From: Ignavibacteriota bacterium
Lineage (GTDB): Bacteria; Bacteroidota; Ignavibacteria; UBA10030
Direction: 5' to 3'
DNA length: 64,000 nucleotides
Assembly (NCBI GenBank): GCA_963769605.1
Contig: CAVYML010000009.1
Coordinates: 1,419,041-1,483,040 of the forward strand
In this document: piece after piece, positions 27,811 through 36,255 of the stretch
How the letters are laid out: each line of letters opens with the position of its first letter
How positions within the stretch are numbered: the first letter of the stretch is position 1
The notes under the pieces: model-generated
What the model was told of the DNA's origin: nothing
The model's input: only the letters and a program-made list of their open reading frames with translations
The model's database searches: none
Position numbers and translations under genes: made by a program

Positions 27811-27886
27811 GCCGACGTCGGAAACATCCGCGATGACCCGCCAGAAGATGATGCAGGTCGGGTAAAACCGTCGCGGCTACAAAGCG
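27811..27886. repeat. Palindromic intergenic repeat (GTAGCCGACG...CGTCGCGGCTACAA hairpin) enclosing CCGCGATGACCCGCCAGAAGATGATGCAGGTCGGG
   Basis: Related copies are at 28100..28262 and 30782..30862. Shared segments are CGCGACGACCCGCCAGAAGATGATGCAGGTCGGG and CCGTCGCGGCTACAA. Confidence 0.8.
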
Positions 27887-28099
27887 GATGCAAAGCGGTT
27901 TATTTAAGCTTTTAAACCAAGAACTACGAACTAAGCACCAAGAACTTTCTTTTTACAATTGACCATTCACTATTCCTACCCCGTTTGACTCTCCTGCAAA
28001 TCATCGGTACATTGAAATAATGAATTGAAAATTTGTTCAGCATGTTCTGAATAGTTCCCCTGAAGATAGGGACAGGTTGATATTGGGAATGTCCGGCGA

Positions 28100-28262
28100 C
28101 CTGCCCGACTGACGACGCCCGCCAAAATGCGCAGCGGGTTGGCAGTCATTCAGGCGGGTGACGTCGGATGCATCCGCGACGACCCGCCAGAAGATGATGC
28201 AGGTCGGGCCCGCCAAAAGGTAAAGCAAGCGGGTAAACAAACCCGTCGCGGCTACAAGAGAA
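28100..28262. repeat. Second copy of the GTAGCCGCG/CGTCGCGGCTACAA palindromic repeat family, upstream of lon
   Basis: The 33-bp core CCAGAAGATGATGCAGGTCGGG is shared with 27826-27858. It ends with CCCGTCGCGGCTACAAGAG. Confidence 0.8.
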
Positions 28263-28369
28263 TCTCGGATATTTGGAACAGGCTGGCTCATTGCTGAAAT
28301 TTTTTTTAAGTCCGCTTTCTGAGTCACCCGTTCAGAACCGGACTTTTGTAGTTCAAGGATTTTACCAGT

Positions 28370-30766
28370 ATGAATGAAAAAATCAAAGGTCTCCAGCAAG
28401 TTGAAACGCTGGATGAAATTCCTACGATCCTTCCTGTTTTACCGCTGCGGGATGTGGTCGTTTTTCCTTATATGATTTTTCCCGTTCTCGTAGGACGGGA
28501 AACTTCTCTGCGCGCCGCCAATGCAGCGCTCGACCGGGGGAAAAATATACTTCTCGTGGTGCAGAAAAATTCCACCGTCGATGAACCGGGAGAAGACGAT
28601 ATTTTCCGCGAAGGAACCGTTGCAAAAATTCTGCAGATGCTCAAACTACCGAACGGATTGATGAAAATTCTCGTGGATGGTGTGGCTCAGGCTACGATAA
28701 AAAAAATCGTGCCAAACAAATTATTTCTGGAAGCGGAAATTATTATCAACCGCTCGGACGCGCCTGCGGGACGTGAAATCGAAGCTCTTGTCCGCCACGT
28801 TTCTTCCCTCTTTGCAGAATATGTGCGCTTGAACCGGAACATCCCGCCGGAAGCGCTCATGGCATACGACGGCATCAAGGAACCGCAGCGTAAAATGTTT
28901 TATATAGCGTCCAACCTTGTTCAGGGCGTGGAAACAAAACAGCGGATTTTACAGACGACGAACCTGCGCGATCAATTATATGATCTTTCCAAAATCCTGA
29001 CGACCGAAATCGATATCCTTAAAATAGAGCGGGACATCGACACGAAAGTGCAGGACAATATTCAAAAATCGCAGCGCAAGTATTTTATTCAGGAACAGAT
29101 AAAAATTCTGCAGGATGAACTTGGAGACGACGAAGCTTCGCCGGAACTTTCTAAGCTGAAAGTTCAATTGAAGTCGGCGAAGATGCCCAAGGAAATCGAA
29201 GAGAAGGCGATGGAAGAGTTCAACAAGCTCAGAAAAACGCCTCCCATGTCGCCGGAGTTTTCCGTGGGACGGAATTATCTGGATTGGATGGTCTCCGTTC
29301 CGTGGTATAAGCGAACCAAGGACGACCTGAATGTCGATCATGTTAAAAATATTCTTGATACGGATCATTACGGCTTAGATAAACCGAAAGAACGCATCTT
29401 AGAGCATATTGCAGTTCTGAATTTAGTCAAAGAAATGCGCGGGCAGATCCTTTGCTTTGTAGGGCCTCCCGGAGTGGGCAAAACTTCTCTGGCAAAATCG
29501 ATTGCACGCGCGCTTGGAAGAAAATTTGTCCGCATGTCGCTCGGCGGCATACGGGATGAAGCGGAAATTCGCGGTCATCGAAGAACGTATATCGGTTCAA
29601 TGCCGGGAAAAATAATTCAGTCGATGAAGCGCGCAGGCGTTGTGAATCCCGTAATCCTCATGGATGAAGTCGACAAGATGAGCGCCGATTTCCGGGGCGA
29701 TCCTTCCTCGGCGCTTCTGGAGGTTCTTGATCCGGAACAAAACACCACTTTCAACGATCATTATCTGGATATCGATTACGATCTCTCAAAGGTTATGTTC
29801 ATCACAACGGCGAATGTCCGTTATGCTATTCCGCTTCCGCTGCAGGACCGGATGGAGGTGATAGAACTCCCCGGATATCTCGATCATGAAAAAAAGGAAA
29901 TCGCACGCCGGCATATTTTTGCCAAGCAGCTTGCCGAACACGGACTGAAGCCGGAAAATTTCCAATTAGACGACGATGCGATACTGCGCATTATCAATGA
30001 ATATACGCGGGAGTCGGGTGTTCGGAACCTCGAACGTGAAATTGCAAATTTATGCCGCAAGGTGGCAAAGGAAATGGTTCTTGCCGATCAGAAAAACGGC
30101 GGCAAAAAGAAAACAAAGGATGTTATTGCGATCAATGCGATAAATATCGAGAAGTATCTGGGCGTGCCTAAATTCCGTACAAAGGCGGCAGAGCGGCTGC
30201 CCCGCATCGGTTCCGTTACCGGTCTGGCATGGACGAGCGTCGGAGGCGATATCCTAAGCGTTGATGTAACCATCATGCGCGGGGCGGAACGCCTGACGCT
30301 GACCGGTCAGCTCGGCGATGTTATGAAGGAATCGGCGCAGGCGGCATTGAGCTATATCCGCTCGAACTCGCGAACGTTCGGCCTTTCGCCGGAATTCAAT
30401 AAAGGAAAAGAAATTCATATCCATTTGCCTGAAGGTGCGATTCCGAAAGACGGGCCTTCGGCCGGAATTACGATGGCCATGGCAATCGTTTCCGCCGCAG
30501 GGAATCGTCCCGCGCGGAACGACGTTGCAATGACCGGAGAAATTACGCTGCGCGGGAATGTGCTGCCTATCGGAGGCCTGAATGAAAAATTGCTTGCGGC
30601 GAAAAGGAGCGGTATCAAGACGGTGTTGATTCCGAAAGAGAACGTTAAGGATCTGACTGAAATTGCGGAAGAAGCGAAAAAAGATCTTTCCATTGTTCCC
30701 ATTGAAACCATAGAAGATGCTTTGCCGTACGTATTCGGGAAAAAGAAAAAGAGCAAAAAACGCTGA
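28370..30766 (+). CDS. lon: ATP-dependent Lon protease
   Basis: Lon N-domain LPVLPLRDVVVFPYMIFP; Walker A GPPGVGKTSLAKS; catalytic Ser in DGPSAGITMAMAIVSA with the downstream Lys. 798 aa. Confidence 0.95.
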   Translation: MNEKIKGLQQVETLDEIPTILPVLPLRDVVVFPYMIFPVLVGRETSLRAANAALDRGKNILLVVQKNSTVDEPGEDDIFREGTVAKILQMLKLPNGLMKILVDGVAQATIKKIVPNKLFLEAEIIINRSDAPAGREIEALVRHVSSLFAEYVRLNRNIPPEALMAYDGIKEPQRKMFYIASNLVQGVETKQRILQTTNLRDQLYDLSKILTTEIDILKIERDIDTKVQDNIQKSQRKYFIQEQIKILQDELGDDEASPELSKLKVQLKSAKMPKEIEEKAMEEFNKLRKTPPMSPEFSVGRNYLDWMVSVPWYKRTKDDLNVDHVKNILDTDHYGLDKPKERILEHIAVLNLVKEMRGQILCFVGPPGVGKTSLAKSIARALGRKFVRMSLGGIRDEAEIRGHRRTYIGSMPGKIIQSMKRAGVVNPVILMDEVDKMSADFRGDPSSALLEVLDPEQNTTFNDHYLDIDYDLSKVMFITTANVRYAIPLPLQDRMEVIELPGYLDHEKKEIARRHIFAKQLAEHGLKPENFQLDDDAILRIINEYTRESGVRNLEREIANLCRKVAKEMVLADQKNGGKKKTKDVIAINAINIEKYLGVPKFRTKAAERLPRIGSVTGLAWTSVGGDILSVDVTIMRGAERLTLTGQLGDVMKESAQAALSYIRSNSRTFGLSPEFNKGKEIHIHLPEGAIPKDGPSAGITMAMAIVSAAGNRPARNDVAMTGEITLRGNVLPIGGLNEKLLAAKRSGIKTVLIPKENVKDLTEIAEEAKKDLSIVPIETIEDALPYVFGKKKKSKKR

Positions 30767-30781
30767 TGGCGAAATTGTTAT

Positions 30782-30862
30782 TGTAGCCGCGGATGATTCC
30801 GCGACGACCTCCCGATAATATTTAACAACATTCTCGGGACAAGCTGTCGCGGCTACAATGCG
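30782..30862. repeat. Third copy of the palindromic repeat family (GTAGCCGCGGATG...GTCGCGGCTACAATGCG), probably also the lon terminator
   Basis: An inverted repeat of GTAGCCGCG lies immediately 3' of the lon stop. Confidence 0.75.
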
Positions 30863-31003
30863 CTTATATAAAAATAAATATAAAAATTCTCTGGATTCTG
30901 TCTGTCAAGTTCTGTATTGTTGTATAAGCATTTTATAATTCTAAGGTTTTAAATTCTTCATTCTGAATTCTTATTCTGAATTCTGTATTCTTAATTCTTA
31001 CTT

Positions 31004-32776
31004 ATGGACTATCAGGTAACAGCTCGAAAATGGCGCCCCATGATCTTCGACGATGTCGTCGGTCAGGGGCATGTTACGAGCACTTTGCGCAATGCCATTG
31101 CATCGAACCGCGTGGCGCATGCGTATTTGTTCAGCGGCACACGCGGCTGCGGCAAGACGACGACGGCGCGAATATTAGCCCGCGCCTTGAATTGTTCCGC
31201 ACCGGTCAATCAGAATCCGGACAATACATGCGTCATTTGCAAAGAAATTATAGACGGGCGCAGCATGGATGTTATCGAGATCGACGGCGCGTCCAACCGC
31301 GGTGTCGATGAAATCCGCAACCTGCGCGATTCCGTCCGCTATGCACCGACGCACGGAAAATATAAAATATACATTATCGATGAAGTGCACATGCTGACAA
31401 AAGAAGCGTTCAATGCGCTTCTGAAAACTCTGGAAGAGCCTCCGGTGCATGTGGTCTTTGTCTTTGCAACAACGGAAGTACACAAAGTACCGATGACGAT
31501 CCTTTCCCGATGCCAGAGATTCGATTTCCGGCGGATTGCCGTGGACGAAATCATCAAGACGCTTTCCACGATTGCAAAAGCAGAACAGATAACGATCGAC
31601 GACGAATCGCTGATGATTATTGCAAAACGGGCGGAAGGTTCGCTGCGCGATTCGGAAAGTATTTTTGATCAAGTTCGTGCGTTTTGCGGAAACGACATTA
31701 AGGCTTCGGATTTGCTGAAAGCATTCAACGTTGTCGATCTGGAGATGTATTTCCGCGTAACGGAATTTTTGAAAACGAAAAATGCCGGAGCGGCAGTTGC
31801 CTTAGTCGATGAGATCATGAAGAACGGATACGATCTGCGCGAATTTGTCGGCGGGCTTGCGGAACATTTTCGGAATCTTCTTGTTGTCCATGCTACCGGC
31901 TCGACGCAGCTCGTTGAAGGCTCCGAGCATGTAAAACAGCGGTACGAATTCGAAGGAAAAATTTTCCCGGAAGCCGATATTCTCCGGTATATAAAACAAA
32001 CCAACGAACTTGAACAATCGCTCCGCTGGGCTGCACAGCCCCGGTATCGCCTTGAAGCGGCGCTGCTGCAGATGGTTTCCATGGAAGGATCGCAAGACCT
32101 GGGTGAACTCCTGCAGCGGTTTGAAGATCTGAAAAAAAAACTTGAAAACGGAGCAGCTTCTTCCTTCTCTTCCGCACCGGTTGTTCAGGCAGCGATGCCG
32201 CTCTCTTCGACGGAATTGCAGATTCGGGGTGAAGCGACAGCCGGATATCTCAAGAGCAAATCGGCGCATTCCTACTCTTCTCTCATCGGGACGGATCTGG
32301 CGCGTCTGGCCGGCGTTCCGCGGACTTCGCCGTCCTTTTTTGCTCCGGTTACGCAAAATCAGCCGGTTTCCATGACGCAGGCTCGTTCCATGACAAGAGA
32401 AGATGTTCTTGAACATTGGAAAAACTTTGTAAACAATGTCGCTCAGGAAAAAATTGCCGTGGGAACTTCCCTGCGGGAAGCACAGATTGTCGACGTTAAA
32501 AACGGATTCCTGCGTATTGCATGCGCAGACGATTATAGTTTTTCTTCACTCAAGCGTCATAAAGAATTTTTATCTGAAAAACTTCGTCAGGTTTCCGGAA
32601 AACACGTCGTTGTCGAACCCGTACTGCATGTGCTTCCAGATGCAGTTTCCATGGTAATAAAAACGACGGATGCTGCGCCGGAGGAAAAAATCGAAAAAAA
32701 CGGAAACCGTCAGGAAGTCGAACATCCCGTGCTTCAGTTCTTAAAACGGGAACTCGACGCTGAACGCATGGAGTAA
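31004..32776 (+). CDS. dnaX: DNA polymerase III subunits gamma/tau
   Basis: The N-terminus is MDYQVTARKWRPMIFDDVVGQGHV. Walker A is GTRGCGKTTTARILA. The SRC motif is in ILSRCQRFDFRRI. 590 aa. It contains an internal A9 run (see findings). Confidence 0.95.
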   Translation: MDYQVTARKWRPMIFDDVVGQGHVTSTLRNAIASNRVAHAYLFSGTRGCGKTTTARILARALNCSAPVNQNPDNTCVICKEIIDGRSMDVIEIDGASNRGVDEIRNLRDSVRYAPTHGKYKIYIIDEVHMLTKEAFNALLKTLEEPPVHVVFVFATTEVHKVPMTILSRCQRFDFRRIAVDEIIKTLSTIAKAEQITIDDESLMIIAKRAEGSLRDSESIFDQVRAFCGNDIKASDLLKAFNVVDLEMYFRVTEFLKTKNAGAAVALVDEIMKNGYDLREFVGGLAEHFRNLLVVHATGSTQLVEGSEHVKQRYEFEGKIFPEADILRYIKQTNELEQSLRWAAQPRYRLEAALLQMVSMEGSQDLGELLQRFEDLKKKLENGAASSFSSAPVVQAAMPLSSTELQIRGEATAGYLKSKSAHSYSSLIGTDLARLAGVPRTSPSFFAPVTQNQPVSMTQARSMTREDVLEHWKNFVNNVAQEKIAVGTSLREAQIVDVKNGFLRIACADDYSFSSLKRHKEFLSEKLRQVSGKHVVVEPVLHVLPDAVSMVIKTTDAAPEEKIEKNGNRQEVEHPVLQFLKRELDAERME

Positions 32777-32927
32777 CGCTTGATTTTTGAAAAGGAATCA
32801 TCTACTTTATAGAGAGAATAGAGGAAAGCTGCATCGGAAATTGTTAGAGAATTGTGCGATAGTTATATGTGAATGAACGAGTATCTCTAACAATGCTGTG
32901 TGGTGAAAAAAGTCGACCCGGCACGCG

Positions 32928-33985
32928 TTGTCGGGTTTTTTATTATCGGTGAATATGAAGCTGTTTCGTCTTATCACGCTGATGCTGTTCCTTGCTGCCG
33001 CTGCGCTGCAGGCTCAAGAAATTGCAAAATACGCCGGGGAATTTCTTTCCCTCGGTGTCGGAGGGAGAGCTCTGGCTTTAGGCGGGGCGCAGGCTGCACT
33101 CGCTAACGACGCCACTGCGGGTTATTGGAATCCTGCCGCCCTGACAAGGATCATTTATCCGGAATTCATTCTCATGCACGATGAACGCTATGCCGGGTTG
33201 GTGAATTACGATTATGCGGCGGTAGCAGTGCCGTACGGAACCGATGCTACGCTCGGACTGAGCATCATGCGGCTTGGAGTCGACGGCATAGCGAATACGC
33301 AAACAGCCGGCGTCGACGCAAACGGCAATCCGCTGCCGCCGGGTCAATTATTGAATTTCAGCCAACTGGATTACAGCCAGATTACGTATTTCAATTCGTC
33401 GGATTGGGTCGCGTATTTTTCGTACGCCCAGAAATATTCGGAAGATTTTTGTACGGCATTAATGTAAAAATTATACGCGAATCGATCGCTGATGCATCCG
33501 CTACAGGATTCGGTTTCGATATCGGTGCGCTTTATACGCCGACCGACCGGTGGTCGATAGGCCTGAATGCACAGGATATTACGACAACACTGGTTGCATG
33601 GTCGACAGGAACGAACGAACTTGTGTCGCCGACATTGAAATTCGGCACGGCATATAGTTTCGATTTTTTAAGCGGTCGATTTTCACCGACGGTCGATGTC
33701 GATGTCCGGTTTGAAAACCGGCAGACGGCCTCGATTGCCTACCTGGGGCCGGTCAGCTTTGACCCGCACGAAGGGCTGGAGTATGAATATAAATCGACGC
33801 TTGCATTGCGCATCGGTTACAGCGACGTCAAACAAATGACGCTTGGCGCGGGGATCCATTTGAATAAACTCGACATCGATTATTCCTTTGCCCGTTTCGG
33901 AACTGACAATGACCTCGGTGATACGCATCGGATTTCTCTGCGGTTTATTCTCCGCGCAGATAAGTATGCGCGCGATTCAAAATAA
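32928..33985 (+). pseudogene. FadL/PorV-like outer-membrane beta-barrel protein, apparently frameshifted near 33430-33445 (ORFs 32928..33467 and 33404..33985)
   Basis: A signal peptide is followed by LGVGGRALALGGAQAALANDATAGYWNPAAL, the N-terminal motif of the FadL-like/PorV family. The second ORF continues beta-strand-like alternating patterns and ends in a C-terminal aromatic. The two ORFs overlap by 64 nt in different frames. Confidence 0.45.
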
Positions 33986-33995
33986 TTTCTTTTCC

Positions 33996-35531
33996 ATGAA
34001 TCTTTTTTATCCACATGAAGCGTCAAGCATGTCTTCTGGGCGGGATCCCGGGCGAAGACGAATGATTCTTGCGATCGTTCTTGCATTTTTAATTGCTGCC
34101 GCTCTACATGCCGTGCTTTTTTCTTCCGGATTCTACGGTATATCCGGAGACGAGTCGGGAAGAACGCTCGATGCGATAGCCTGGATGCGGACGGGAAAGC
34201 CGCAGTCGAATGTCTGGCTTCCGCTGCATCGGATCCTTGTTGCCGCCGGTTTGTCGCTCTTGAATAATTGCTTCGTCGTCCCGAGAATACTTTCATTCTT
34301 CTTCGGGCTTACATCGCTTCTCGGAATAATCGTTCTTGCGCATGAATTGTTTCACCGCAGGAAGGCGACGGTTCTGACGGCATTCCTGGCTGCTGTCTTT
34401 GGACCGCGCGTCATCCTGAGTGTTGTGCCGTTGACGGAATTAGAATGTATGACATTCATCGTTTTTACGATGATTTATTATTTACGATGGATCCGTACGG
34501 CAGAACCTTCCGCCTTGCTTGCGGCTTCGGTATATGCGGTAATCGGAACAACGGTCCGTTATGAAGCATGGATTTTTGTTTTCGTTTTACTGCTCCTGCT
34601 TTCATTCGATTCAGAATCACGAAAAACGATTTTCATGAAATGGTGGCTTGCTCCGCTTGTCATTGTTATAACATGTGCTTTTCCGGTATGCTGGATTATC
34701 GATTCCTATCGTGAATATCATGTCTTTATGGTGTTCGTTTCCCCGCAGCACAAGCAATACGGCACTGTAGATCCTTATGCATTTCTTAAATTCCTATGGC
34801 GCAACCCTGCTGCTCAGTTTATTGCTCAAAATGGAGTATCGCTGAATTTGGTGGGAATTTTTCCGGTTATCAGATTTATCAAGACGGATAAGAAACTCCG
34901 CAGGATTATATTGCTGCCGGCAATTGCGGTGATCATTTTCGGCGCAGCCGGATTGGCCGGCGTAAAATTTACAACGCACAACCCGTGGCGAATTGCAGTT
35001 TTATGGAGCTGTCTTATGATTCCGTTTACCGCGGTTTGGATAATCGAACAGCAGGAGCGGTTTCAAAAAAACAGCCGCAAAGCTGCCGTAGTTCTCGTAA
35101 TAATTTTAATGTTTTTATGTCAACTTGCATGGATGACAGAAAATCCTGTCTTTACGAAGACCCGTTATGATGCGGGCATCTATTTGCGCACTTTCGTCCG
35201 GCCTCTGCTCGGACCGGGAGATAAAATCTTGATAGATACGAGAAAATGGGATTATCTCGATCTCCTTGTTGTTTCAAACGCGCCGGAAAGGTTTGTACTT
35301 AATTCCGGTCCGTACCCGTACAAGCCGGAAAAAAACATCCTCGACGCAGCAATTCCAGTCGATTTGAGAGTACCGGCAGCGCAGCGGTATCGTTATTTAG
35401 CCTTCGAAACACCGTTATCATTCGATACTTGCGCCGAAGCTTCCGAAGAAAAAGTGTTTTCAAACAAAGAGTGGACGATCTATAAAATTAATCTTCTCAC
35501 AGCTTCCGTTCCCGCCGAATGGCCGAAGTAA
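33996..35531 (+). CDS. ArnT/PMT-like (GT39/GT83) membrane glycosyltransferase
   Basis: A polytopic membrane protein. The first periplasmic loop carries the DE motif (YGISGDESGRTLDAIAWMRTG), typical of 4-amino-4-deoxy-L-arabinose-transferase-like or protein-mannosyltransferase-like enzymes. The start was chosen at the first Met after the upstream stop. Confidence 0.55.
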   Translation: MNLFYPHEASSMSSGRDPGRRRMILAIVLAFLIAAALHAVLFSSGFYGISGDESGRTLDAIAWMRTGKPQSNVWLPLHRILVAAGLSLLNNCFVVPRILSFFFGLTSLLGIIVLAHELFHRRKATVLTAFLAAVFGPRVILSVVPLTELECMTFIVFTMIYYLRWIRTAEPSALLAASVYAVIGTTVRYEAWIFVFVLLLLLSFDSESRKTIFMKWWLAPLVIVITCAFPVCWIIDSYREYHVFMVFVSPQHKQYGTVDPYAFLKFLWRNPAAQFIAQNGVSLNLVGIFPVIRFIKTDKKLRRIILLPAIAVIIFGAAGLAGVKFTTHNPWRIAVLWSCLMIPFTAVWIIEQQERFQKNSRKAAVVLVIILMFLCQLAWMTENPVFTKTRYDAGIYLRTFVRPLLGPGDKILIDTRKWDYLDLLVVSNAPERFVLNSGPYPYKPEKNILDAAIPVDLRVPAAQRYRYLAFETPLSFDTCAEASEEKVFSNKEWTIYKINLLTASVPAEWPK

Positions 35532-35667
35532 TCCTTTATCTGAAAAATCCGGTTTTTTGCCCCCATCCCCTGTTTATGTGTTGACAATTCAATTACAGTA
35601 TAATATTATCGTCCTGAGTTTCACACTTACACTATCATAAAAACACTATTTAAAAAAGGGGGATATC

Positions 35668-36153
35668 ATGAAAGCCTGTCTTTTTGTAATGCTCTGTTCA
35701 TTTTCAACGATTGCACTTGCACAATCGGCAAGCGCGACCGCAAACGTCTCTGCAAATATGACGACCATGCTTACTGTAACGCGAAATTCCGATTTGACTT
35801 TTGGTACGGTAACACAGGGTGCAACTTCTTCCGTAGCTTCCAATTCGTCGAATGCTGCGGAGTTTATGGTTTACGGCGCGGCCAGCACGTCGACATCGGT
35901 CAGCATAACATATCCAGCAGCTCTCAAGAACGGTTCGAACACTATGACGTTCAACGCCAACGTCTATCCGCGAACCAATACAACCAGTTCGTATACGTCC
36001 GGCACATCTCTCTTTACGGATTATTCGAGCGGTACGGCAAACACCTCTTCTATCGGATATCTCTATATTTTTGTCGGCGGATCCGTAACAACTGCTTCGA
36101 ATCAGGCGTCCGGTTCTTATTCCGCGACGATCACGGTTACAGTTTCTCAATAG
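35668..36153 (+). CDS. Secreted pilin-like protein of the spore-coat-U/Csu (archaic chaperone-usher) type
   Basis: A signal peptide is followed by a Thr/Ser-rich beta-rich sequence. The C-terminus ends GSYSATITVTVSQ, resembling the SCPU-domain C-terminal G-Y-x-(D/T)-T-(L/I)-T-V-T-V motif. Confidence 0.45.
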   Translation: MKACLFVMLCSFSTIALAQSASATANVSANMTTMLTVTRNSDLTFGTVTQGATSSVASNSSNAAEFMVYGAASTSTSVSITYPAALKNGSNTMTFNANVYPRTNTTSSYTSGTSLFTDYSSGTANTSSIGYLYIFVGGSVTTASNQASGSYSATITVTVSQ

Positions 36154-36255
36154 ATTCAAAAAGACATTTTTCACATGGGTGACAACTGTTCTTCAAGGAT
36201 CGAGAAAGTGTAACGCTCAAACTAATGCAGCGACATTGCCGGGGGGACTTGCCGC

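Noticed and set aside
31175-32416. Several minus-strand ORFs (165, 137 and 204 aa) within dnaX
   Set aside because: They are antisense to a highly conserved essential gene and rich in Arg/Ser from the GC-rich third position. They are shadow ORFs.
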